This document shows positions 1 to 7,689 of a stretch of 64,000 bases of DNA, in pieces. This stretch comes from Candidatus Thalassarchaeum sp. (lineage in GTDB: Archaea; Thermoplasmatota; Poseidoniia; Poseidoniales; Thalassarchaeaceae), in NCBI GenBank assembly GCA_022449345.1, contig JAKURL010000006.1, forward strand, positions 29,451 through 93,450. The letters are read 5' to 3'. The translations under genes and the position numbers were made by a program. How positions within the stretch are numbered: the stretch's first letter is position 1; every line of letters begins with the position of its first letter. The notes beneath the pieces were generated by a model. That model was not told the origin of the DNA. It searched no databases and saw nothing but the letters and a program-made list of their open reading frames with translations.

Positions 1-653
1 AGGGCTATACGTTAGGTGATAGAGATATTATCGCAGTCGAATTCACTCCAGGACCTATACGAATCGATCTCCTAGTGAAGGATTCCAGAGGAGTGTCTTC
101 AACCGCTTCGGTAAATCTGACAATCGGTTCATCCTCGCCGATACTAAGTGGAATGGAAATTAGTCCACTGGAGATTGAACTTGAGAAATCGACTCAAATG
201 ACCATAACCGTCAATCTAGACGATGCCGATGGAACAACTCAAGTGGTTAGAGGGGTAATGAAAACCGGTGGAACGGAACTCATTCTTATCTTCCAAGACG
301 ATGGAATGCGAGGCGACGAAGTCGCCGGAGATGGCATCTGGACCTACGTTGGTACTTGGATCATAGAAGAAGAGGGATGGGTAAATGTTGAGGTCTGGGC
401 GGTTGATGGTGAGTTTACCAGCCCCACACTGGTTGAGACAATTTCAGTAGAGGAACCCCAAACCACTTCCTTGGTTAAATGGCTAGCCGGTGGTGGGCTT
501 CCATACCTAATTGCAGTACTTGTCATCTTCATTCTACTCGGTATGGCTTACCAGAAGCAAAGGAATGAAGCGATTCGCCGAGATCTAGAGATGATCGAGT
601 CGTGGTCAACATTCGACCCAAGAGAACTCGACGAAGAGTTCGATGCTGACTGA
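1..653 (+). CDS. C-terminal part of a surface protein, 5'-truncated by the window edge. It has Ig-like repeats, a C-terminal TM helix (LPYLIAVLVIFILLGMAY), then a basic and an acidic cytoplasmic tail.
   Basis: The reading frame is open from position 3 with no stop, so the gene extends upstream of the window. A hydrophobic helix is followed by QKQRNEAIRR and a DEEFDAD tail. Confidence 0.5.
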   Translation, partial: GYTLGDRDIIAVEFTPGPIRIDLLVKDSRGVSSTASVNLTIGSSSPILSGMEISPLEIELEKSTQMTITVNLDDADGTTQVVRGVMKTGGTELILIFQDDGMRGDEVAGDGIWTYVGTWIIEEEGWVNVEVWAVDGEFTSPTLVETISVEEPQTTSLVKWLAGGGLPYLIAVLVIFILLGMAYQKQRNEAIRRDLEMIESWSTFDPRELDEEFDAD

Positions 654-744
654 GAATCGAACCAATAACCCAATGCCACCGCAGGTGGAGAAAAACTCCG
701 GCTTTGAAAAGGCACGTAAATTAGTCTAAAATCACACAAAATAA

Positions 745-763
745 TGTCAAATCACTGAACCAA
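745..763 (+). promoter_or_regulatory. Conserved upstream motif TGTCAAATCACTGAACCAA, copy 1, 36 nt upstream of the ATG at 799.
   Basis: 18 of 19 nt match 7637..7655, which sits at the same distance upstream of another secreted-protein gene. Confidence 0.4.
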
Positions 764-798
764 GGTCTTTATGTCAAAAACATCGATGGGCCTTAATC

Positions 799-1422
799 AT
801 GGACCGAAAAATGGACCTAACAATCGCTGCGCTGATCTTCTTGGCCGGCACAGCAGGCCTCGTCTCTGGTGAGGATATCGGAGGCGTTGAAACAACGAAC
901 GACAAGGATGGAGAGTCGATAGAGACTGCTCCCGAGGTTGACCGTCACCTTCGTGGTGATGCAAACGACGACGGGAGTGTAGATATTGGCGACTTCATAG
1001 TGATGACACAGTACATCATGGGCTACGGCAGGGAACCTGCTTCCATGGCACAGGCAGACATCAACGGCGACAGATCCGTCGACGTTGCTGACCTAGTGTT
1101 GCTAGCTGATTATCTGTGGGGAGAGGACGAGTCTGACTCAGGCCCTCAAGCAATAGATAGTCGTGACTTCAGGGAAAGCAAGTCTGAGAAGGCCGAATTG
1201 GTAACCTGCTTCGAGCCATCTAGAGTGCTACGTGGTGACGCGAATGATGACGGAACCGTCGATCTCGGTGACTTCATTGTAATCGTACAGTACATCCTTG
1301 GATATGGCGACGCACCTGCCTCGATGCAAGGAGCTGACATCAACGGTGACCACGCCGTCAATGTGCTGGATCTGGTTGTGCTAGCTGACCACCTTTGGGG
1401 CGGTCAGTGCGAGCGCTGCTAG
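799..1422 (+). CDS. Small secreted protein (207 aa) made of a signal peptide and two tandem dockerin modules.
   Basis: Signal-peptide-like N-terminus MDLTIAALIFLAGTAGLVSG. Two copies of the pattern GDANDDGxVDxGDF...YIxGYG...ADINGDxxVxVxDLVxLADxLWG, which are Ca-binding dockerin repeat pairs. The two halves are about 60% identical at the nucleotide level, indicating a diverged internal duplication. Confidence 0.6.
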   Translation: MDRKMDLTIAALIFLAGTAGLVSGEDIGGVETTNDKDGESIETAPEVDRHLRGDANDDGSVDIGDFIVMTQYIMGYGREPASMAQADINGDRSVDVADLVLLADYLWGEDESDSGPQAIDSRDFRESKSEKAELVTCFEPSRVLRGDANDDGTVDLGDFIVIVQYILGYGDAPASMQGADINGDHAVNVLDLVVLADHLWGGQCERC

Positions 1423-1513
1423 AACCATCAACCATACTGGGCTAAGCCCGGCTGCAACCTACGCGAGCCCCTCGTCCCATTTGGGGCGGGGGGCCGCCAA
1501 CTTGTTTCGGAAT

Positions 1514-2245
1514 TCACTCTGGACCCCAAGCCGTAACTTGACGGGTCAATCCAAGTCTGTGAGTAAATAGGAATCTGAGGTTGAGAAATCCATCTCCCCA
1601 GGTGTTGATCTCTGCCTCACCTACGCGAGGTCGGTACGGTACACTCACCTCAGCTGTCTTATTCTTGCTGAGATAGCGTCGAGCGCGTATCTTGAACTCC
1701 TGAGATAGAGGCATTCCATCGTGCTTAGGACGAACACGCCTGTCTTCGAAAATCGACTTTCGAAACACCCACATTCCACTCTGAGAATCATGTATTCCAT
1801 ACCAATAGAGTAACTTTGCAGTGGTTGACAAGACCCAGTTACCAAATCCATGTAATCCGGGCATTGCACCTTCTTCGGCCCTTCGAAGCCTATCGCAGGT
1901 AATCCATTGCAAATCCTCTTGCAGAAGTTTGCGAACTAAATCTGGGACTTCTTCACCAGGATAGGTGCAATCTGCATCCATTGTGACGATGACATCTCCA
2001 GCAGCCATAGCAAATCCAGTCTTGTAAGCGCGTCCATATCCCTTGCGTGGTTCTAGATAGACACTTGCACCTTCTTGCTCCGCCAACTCTCTGGTGCGAT
2101 CGGTCGAATTACCATCGATGATTAGGAAGTCCAATTTCTCACACCAGCCATCGTTGGGTACAGAGCAAATAGTGTCAACGATGGCTTCTTCCTCATTACG
2201 GGTTGGAATAACCACAGTAACGTGTACAGGCAGTGGTTCAGACAT
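1514..2245 (-). CDS. Glycosyltransferase family 2 (dolichol-phosphate sugar transferase-like).
   Basis: VVIPTRNEEEAI...DGNSTDRT...TMDADCTYP, the GT2 DxD-containing fold signature. Confidence 0.75.
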   Translation of the reverse strand: MSEPLPVHVTVVIPTRNEEEAIVDTICSVPNDGWCEKLDFLIIDGNSTDRTRELAEQEGASVYLEPRKGYGRAYKTGFAMAAGDVIVTMDADCTYPGEEVPDLVRKLLQEDLQWITCDRLRRAEEGAMPGLHGFGNWVLSTTAKLLYWYGIHDSQSGMWVFRKSIFEDRRVRPKHDGMPLSQEFKIRARRYLSKNKTAEVSVPYRPRVGEAEINTWGDGFLNLRFLFTHRLGLTRQVTAWGPE

Positions 2246-2401
2246 CTAAATCGAATGCGGCGACCTAACCGGTCGCTATGAATGATACTGGTGCTAGGAC
2301 TACTGGAATTCATCAATCTCTAAGTCAAATTAAGCAGGTTCTTCATCGACGGGAAGGCCATTCGATTGAAATGAGCATCCCTTGAGCGAGAGTCGGTTGA
2401 G

Positions 2402-3592
2402 ATGGGTCTGCACATCGCTATGCTGTCAGCGGAATACCCTCCACGATGGGGTGGAATGGGTTCGACGGTCTACCACCTTTCGGCTGCTTTAGTCAAACTT
2501 GGCCATCGAATTACCGTAATCACCCGAAATGGTGGTGGTCAGACCCCTGAACAGGAAGGGGTTAGCATTCGCGAAGTCAAATGGCTCTACGCTCCGATGG
2601 CATTCACAAAATCATACGGAAAGCACGCACTTTCCGACCTCAAGAAATTGCATTCGAAAGATCCTGTAAACATCGTACACCTTCACTGTCCAATGATATC
2701 TTGGACAGAATCACAATTCGTCGATTGTAGAGAAAATGTCGCTCCAATCGTCTCTTCTCTTCACGGTTCATGGCTCGGGGAAAGAGACGGATTGCAGACA
2801 GCGGCGGCCCAGAGAGAAGCAGCAGTTTGGACCAATCCGAATGACTTAGCGATTCTACTAAGCGCAGGTTATTATGCAAAATTTGAGAGAGCAGCTCTGA
2901 CAGGTTCAGATATTTGCGTAGCGAATTCAAACGCAACCAAAGAGGACTTTCTCGAAAGATACTCTCCTCCTGCCGAATGGAACTGCGAGGTCATACATTG
3001 GGGAGTTGACACGGATATGTTCTACCCAAGCGATTCTGCAAAGGAGACTGAAACAAGCCATCTCCTCGCAGTTGGCCGATTAGCCGCTCGCAAGGGATAT
3101 TATTCGCTATTGAGAGCATTTGCCGAGGTTAAGCAGCGAAGACCGAATTCAGAATTACTAATCGTTGGTCGAGGCCACCTGAAAAAGAGGCTGGAAAAAC
3201 AGGCGAAAAGCTTAGAAATTTCTTCCTCAGTTCGAATTGATTCGGGAATGCCCTTCGACAAATTAGCCGAAGAATTCCGCAAGGCAGATCTTGTAGTCTA
3301 CCCTTCTTACTACGAAGGACAAGGACTGATTCCCCTAGAGGCCATGGCTTCTGGAACTCCGGTTGCGACCGTAGACCATGGTCCGTTGCCGGAAATGGTA
3401 GATGATTCGGTCGGGGCGCTATTCACCATGGCTGACATCGACTCCATGTCGAGTGCCATACTCAGCCTTCTTTCCGACCCCGAAGGCCTAACAACTCGTG
3501 GAAAGGCGGGTCGTGAAAGGGTGTTAGAGAGTTTTCCCTTCAGTCACAACGCAGAAAGATTCTCTAAAATTTATTCGGATTTAACAAACTGA
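2402..3592 (+). CDS. Glycosyltransferase family 4 (GT-B fold).
   Basis: C-terminal EGQGLIPLEAMASGTPVATVDHGPLPEMV, the characteristic GT4 nucleotide-sugar binding motif (E-x7-E). Confidence 0.75.
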   Translation: MGLHIAMLSAEYPPRWGGMGSTVYHLSAALVKLGHRITVITRNGGGQTPEQEGVSIREVKWLYAPMAFTKSYGKHALSDLKKLHSKDPVNIVHLHCPMISWTESQFVDCRENVAPIVSSLHGSWLGERDGLQTAAAQREAAVWTNPNDLAILLSAGYYAKFERAALTGSDICVANSNATKEDFLERYSPPAEWNCEVIHWGVDTDMFYPSDSAKETETSHLLAVGRLAARKGYYSLLRAFAEVKQRRPNSELLIVGRGHLKKRLEKQAKSLEISSSVRIDSGMPFDKLAEEFRKADLVVYPSYYEGQGLIPLEAMASGTPVATVDHGPLPEMVDDSVGALFTMADIDSMSSAILSLLSDPEGLTTRGKAGRERVLESFPFSHNAERFSKIYSDLTN

Positions 3593-3599
3593 TTCTGGG

Positions 3600-4694
3600 G
3601 TGAGGTTGATGGGGACTAACCTCACCGAACCCCTCATGAGCGCATCCACCAACAAGACCTTTCGAGGAGTGGAAGTCAGTACTTTGAGTCATATTGCGAT
3701 TCTTTTGTTAATCTCAATACTAGCCATTATTCATCTGAAATCAATCATTCAACCCCTAGTTGTCGCCATTCTACTATTCTTCCTAATTCGACCTCCTGCT
3801 CAATGGTTGGAAGACAGATATGGCCATCCTTTGGCTGCATATGGGATTCTAACGACAGGGGTTGTGATGGTGTTCCTTATTGGAGCGAATATTCTGTATC
3901 AAAGCCTGCAGGATTTCAGTTCCGAGGCCGGTACTCTCTCCGAAAAGATGACGGAAAAGATTGCATGGTTTTCCGACCTAACAGTCTACGGATATTCTTT
4001 CGATACCAGTGCACTGACCGACTTGATTACAGTAGAACGGATTAACGAAATTACAACCGATTTCGTCGGTACACTGGCCGGATTCACTGGTAGCGCAATT
4101 ACAATCTTTATCTTCCTAATTTTCATCATCGTAGAAGCAGAGACTCTTCCACGAAGACTAGAGGCGGCTTATCCTGAGGAAATGGATCGCTTCTCCTCAA
4201 TCGTCGAAAATGCAGGAGCTGGGATCAATACCTACGTGATTACCAAGGCGTCTGTTGCTTTTGGTCAAGCGGTAATCGTTGCCTTAATCTTGAGTTACAT
4301 GGGAATCCCTGGTTGGTTTATGTGGGCTTCGATTACCTTCCTCCTCGACTTCGTACCCTATGTTGGAGCCCCGCTTTCGTTTATCCCCCCAACGATAATT
4401 TCGTTCATCCTTTTCGAGCCTCTTACCGCCCTTCTGATTCTCGCAGCACTATTTGGAAATCAGGTAGTATGGGGGCAATTCGTCGAGCCTCAACTTGCTG
4501 GTCAGCGACTCGACATGTCACCAATTGTACTCTTGATCCTCGTCGCTTTCTGGGGCTGGGCCTGGGGGATTATGGGAATGATTCTCGGAGTACCTTTGGC
4601 TGTAATTATGAAGCTGGTACTCGAGAGCGATCCTAGAACTCGTCCAATCGCTATGTTGCTCTCGCTAAACCCGAATTCAAATGATGAATCTTGA
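3600..4694 (+). CDS. AI-2E family (PerM/UPF0118) membrane transporter.
   Basis: Polytopic membrane protein with the LDFVPYVGAPLSF motif typical of the AI-2E family. The start may be the ATG at 3609. Confidence 0.55.
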   Translation: MRLMGTNLTEPLMSASTNKTFRGVEVSTLSHIAILLLISILAIIHLKSIIQPLVVAILLFFLIRPPAQWLEDRYGHPLAAYGILTTGVVMVFLIGANILYQSLQDFSSEAGTLSEKMTEKIAWFSDLTVYGYSFDTSALTDLITVERINEITTDFVGTLAGFTGSAITIFIFLIFIIVEAETLPRRLEAAYPEEMDRFSSIVENAGAGINTYVITKASVAFGQAVIVALILSYMGIPGWFMWASITFLLDFVPYVGAPLSFIPPTIISFILFEPLTALLILAALFGNQVVWGQFVEPQLAGQRLDMSPIVLLILVAFWGWAWGIMGMILGVPLAVIMKLVLESDPRTRPIAMLLSLNPNSNDES

Positions 4695-4705
4695 TCCTAC
4701 ATGGC

Positions 4706-5314
4706 TCAAGAGTGGAAGATTACTGCTAGAATACCATCTGTACTAACAGTGATGTTCTCTCCAATCGATTGGTTATGCAAGCCTTGGGTTGAGAACTTCA
4801 TCGGTTGTGATTCTAAGTTCCAGCGTGCTCCGCTGATTGTTACAGATTCACACAATTCTAGCGCGAAAATTGAGAATTCATCCCCCGCAGGGATGAGAAA
4901 TTCCAGAGCGCTATCATGGGGATGTAATCGCTTGGTAATTCCTGTTGAGTGATGCAGTTGTATGGAGAGCCCAGCAGGGGCTTCTGTCAGGGCAGCCCAA
5001 GTTCCGAGAATGTGGTCTGGGCTACCTCCATCAATTCCTACAACATCGATTTCGGTGAACCCCCTCTCGTGTAGCAGTCCGAGAGATTTTGCAAGGTCGC
5101 TAGAAGAATCATCCGAAAGTAAAGTCAACCTACCGTGCCAATCTGCTGGTTCGATGGAATCTAGGTCTCCTAGAACTTCTGTCACCTCAAAGCCGGCGGC
5201 TACGGATTTTGCAGCACCGCCGTCGACCCCAAACAAGGTAGCACCGTCGAGCAAACTAGTGACGGTATCAAAGTCTGGAGAATCTCCATTGCACCAAAGA
5301 ACCGCTCGCATCAT
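4706..5314 (-). CDS. Thiamine pyrophosphokinase-like protein.
   Basis: FGVDGGA and VLGDLDS motifs, as in TPK catalytic domains; about 200 aa. Confidence 0.4.
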   Translation of the reverse strand: MMRAVLWCNGDSPDFDTVTSLLDGATLFGVDGGAAKSVAAGFEVTEVLGDLDSIEPADWHGRLTLLSDDSSSDLAKSLGLLHERGFTEIDVVGIDGGSPDHILGTWAALTEAPAGLSIQLHHSTGITKRLHPHDSALEFLIPAGDEFSIFALELCESVTISGARWNLESQPMKFSTQGLHNQSIGENITVSTDGILAVIFHS

Positions 5315-6342
5315 CTCACCTTTGCAGTCACTTTACCTTTGATTAGTAGGTCAACATCTTCCAACGCTACACTGGCTTTTCTACAAACACCTCTGATGTG
5401 TATTGGGACATTGACAGTTCCACCCAGAGCCATGTTGTTGCCGATACCGAAGTAAATCGCGCCTCTGGTCACCAAATCCTCCAGAGGATTACCAATTAGT
5501 TTGGCTCTGGGATTCATTCCAAAGCCAAATTCGGCAAGATTCCCAACCAATGCTGCCTTCGAGGGCCTCAATCCTGAACGAGCGTCCTCTAGTTGCTTCC
5601 AGATATTTTCTGCGGTCTCGTTCCCGCTGATATCTGTGACAATCCCCTCTTCGACCAACATTGAGATTGGCTTTTCCAATTTCGCACCTTCCCAAGATCC
5701 GTCGATAACGATTCTACCGCTCGCAGTACCTTCTTTTGGTAGAACAAAAACCTTTCCTGCAGGTAGATTTGTTATCGCCCCAGGTCGATTACAGATTCCA
5801 TTATCTTCCAATATCCAGCGTCCTCCCGTAGTGAATTTGAGATCGGTTCCTGATTCACTAGTGACGTGAACTTCGCGCCTCCTGCGAAGAATCGAGTTTA
5901 ATCCAGAAATTTCCTTCTGTAGGGCATTGTAATCAGCAGTCATTCCACCAGTTGCGAAAGTATCTGCATCGATTCCGGGAAGAGAGGCTATTCTGACATT
6001 TTCTCGGGATGCGTTTGCCCTTGCTCGAGTATGTGTCAATGAGTGTTTGGTTGCCATCAATACCACATCCTGACGCCGCATTAGGTCGGCTACTGGATTC
6101 GGGGGCTCATTCCCCTCACGGTGACTTGGTGGCATCATCATCAGAAGCACTCTATCAGTTACTCGTGCAGTTGCTTCGTACAATGCCCTTCCAACCTCTG
6201 ATGAATTTGGGTCGGTAAGAATCAGCACCGACTCCACCGTTCGTACCTGCATGCAAGTTCTGACGACCGATCTAGCCGCTGTGAGCATGGCTTCCTCGCG
6301 TAGCTCATCAGCATCCGGCTGAGTCTCATCTGCTTCGCTCAT
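5311..6342 (-). CDS. Putative M29-family (aminopeptidase T/PepS-like) aminopeptidase.
   Basis: Length and C-terminal G-rich segments (GFGMNP, IYFGIGNN) resemble thermophilic metalloaminopeptidases. This is a weak, by-eye assignment. Confidence 0.35.
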   Translation of the reverse strand: MSEADETQPDADELREEAMLTAARSVVRTCMQVRTVESVLILTDPNSSEVGRALYEATARVTDRVLLMMMPPSHREGNEPPNPVADLMRRQDVVLMATKHSLTHTRARANASRENVRIASLPGIDADTFATGGMTADYNALQKEISGLNSILRRRREVHVTSESGTDLKFTTGGRWILEDNGICNRPGAITNLPAGKVFVLPKEGTASGRIVIDGSWEGAKLEKPISMLVEEGIVTDISGNETAENIWKQLEDARSGLRPSKAALVGNLAEFGFGMNPRAKLIGNPLEDLVTRGAIYFGIGNNMALGGTVNVPIHIRGVCRKASVALEDVDLLIKGKVTAKVR

Positions 6343-6443
6343 CTCGACAACCTCCTGAGGCCGCTTCCCCTTATTGAAAGCCGCTCCGGAATGTCAAATC
6401 ATCTAACCAAGCGCCTCTTATTCTCCCTATCACACGCCTCATC

Positions 6444-7292
6444 ATGGACGGAGTGTCCGCAGTTAGGGCCTACACGCTAATTGCGGTGCTGGCCTTATTG
6501 GCCGGAGGATGGATGCTAAATGAGGCACCGACCCAAGAAATTGAGGACGATAAACAGTTTTTATCCGGAGATACAGATGCCCTCCCTGCATCTACAGAGG
6601 AACAAGGTGGAGATGACGATTCTCCCGAACTTAGACGAGGTGGCGGAGAGGAGGAAAGCGACGGTTTCGCCTATGATCTTCCGACAAGCTTAGTCGCTGG
6701 AGGGGGCGCAGCTCTCGGTTCACTCGCTTTGGGTTCATTTTTGTTTGAGGCGATGCGGGTCACTGTCCTGATTGCCCTCGCTACCCCGCTATTGGCTAGG
6801 ATGAAAGCAAATCGGGATGATATGCTAACCCGCGGTCGAATCCTGGGTTACCTAGAGGCGAATGCAGGAATCCACTTCTCTGCGCTTAGAGATGCCTTAG
6901 GCCTAGCAAATGGTGTCTCAGCGTACCACCTTCATACCCTTGAGGGTCAAGGTGAGGTTATTTCATGGAGAGATGGAAAACTTCGCCGCTACGCAGTATC
7001 AAGCCTGACTAAGGAGGAATTGAGCAGAATCCGCAACCCGATTGCTGGAACACGCCTAGCGATTCTTGAGGTGTTGTCGGATTCCGGCCAACTAGGCTTG
7101 AAGGGAAGTGAAATTCGAACCAAGTTGCAGATTTCCCGACAATTGTTGAGCCACCATCTATCGGAGTTGAGGTCATCAGAACTCGTTGAGGCAGCAAGTG
7201 ATTCTCGAAGGCCAAATTGGCGTCTCTCATCCGTCGGATTAGCAGCTCTCATCAACAGTCGTGATGTTGCTCGACTTGAGGCCGCAGGTTAA
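6444..7292 (+). CDS. Membrane-anchored transcriptional regulator with two predicted winged-helix (ArsR/TrmB-like) domains.
   Basis: N-terminal TM helix, then an acidic linker, then two copies of the L..L...G....S.L......S...vS.HL..L...GlV pattern. Confidence 0.45.
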   Translation: MDGVSAVRAYTLIAVLALLAGGWMLNEAPTQEIEDDKQFLSGDTDALPASTEEQGGDDDSPELRRGGGEEESDGFAYDLPTSLVAGGGAALGSLALGSFLFEAMRVTVLIALATPLLARMKANRDDMLTRGRILGYLEANAGIHFSALRDALGLANGVSAYHLHTLEGQGEVISWRDGKLRRYAVSSLTKEELSRIRNPIAGTRLAILEVLSDSGQLGLKGSEIRTKLQISRQLLSHHLSELRSSELVEAASDSRRPNWRLSSVGLAALINSRDVARLEAAG

Positions 7293-7293
7293 G

Positions 7294-7315
7294 CGTCAAA
7301 TCGGCGAAGCCAACC
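7294..7315 (+). promoter_or_regulatory. Degenerate third copy of the upstream motif (CGTCAAATCggcgaAGCCAACC).
   Basis: Shares the GTCAAATC and AxCCAACC halves with the motifs at 745 and 7637. It begins 2 nt after the regulator's stop codon. Confidence 0.2.
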
Positions 7316-7427
7316 GAATTCCGGAAGTTAATTTCCCACAGGTCCGCAGTATTCGGAAAGTGGGTGAAGCATGTTTGAAGCAGGAAAGGAAGTTGCTTAA
7401 GGTACAAACAGTGATGAGTCCGGATTG

Positions 7428-7628
7428 ATGACCCACAACGCGGACATGCATTTTGCTGCGCTGATTTTCATGGTCGGTGCGGGAGGCCTCGCCTCCGTAT
7501 TGGAGGTGGGTGTAGCTGAACAGACGAAAGCCCAGAGCATTGAAGAGGACGATTTAGATGATCCAGCCCCATCAAATGAATTGAATCTGAGCAATCCGAA
7601 TAATTTGGGTCTCTCGTTGGATTACTGA
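7428..7628 (+). CDS. Small secreted acidic protein (about 66 aa).
   Basis: Its signal peptide HFAALIFMVGAGGLASV is closely similar at both amino-acid and nucleotide level to that of the dockerin protein at 799. Confidence 0.3.
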   Translation: MTHNADMHFAALIFMVGAGGLASVLEVGVAEQTKAQSIEEDDLDDPAPSNELNLSNPNNLGLSLDY

Positions 7629-7636
7629 TGTCATTT

Positions 7637-7655
7637 TGTCAAATCATTGAACCAA
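7637..7655 (+). promoter_or_regulatory. Conserved upstream motif TGTCAAATCATTGAACCAA, copy 2, 35 nt upstream of the ATG at 7690.
   Basis: 18 of 19 nt match 745..763, with the same spacing to the start codon. Confidence 0.4.
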
Positions 7656-7689
7656 CCGCTTGATATCTAGAACTCAGTTCCGTATTCAC

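Noticed and set aside
1423-1513. GC-rich stems (GGGCTAAGCCC; GCCCCTCGTCCCATTTGGGGCGGGGGGC) in the convergent gap, as possible terminators.
   Set aside because: The stems are imperfect and lack a clear T-tract. This is plausible but not distinctive enough to call.
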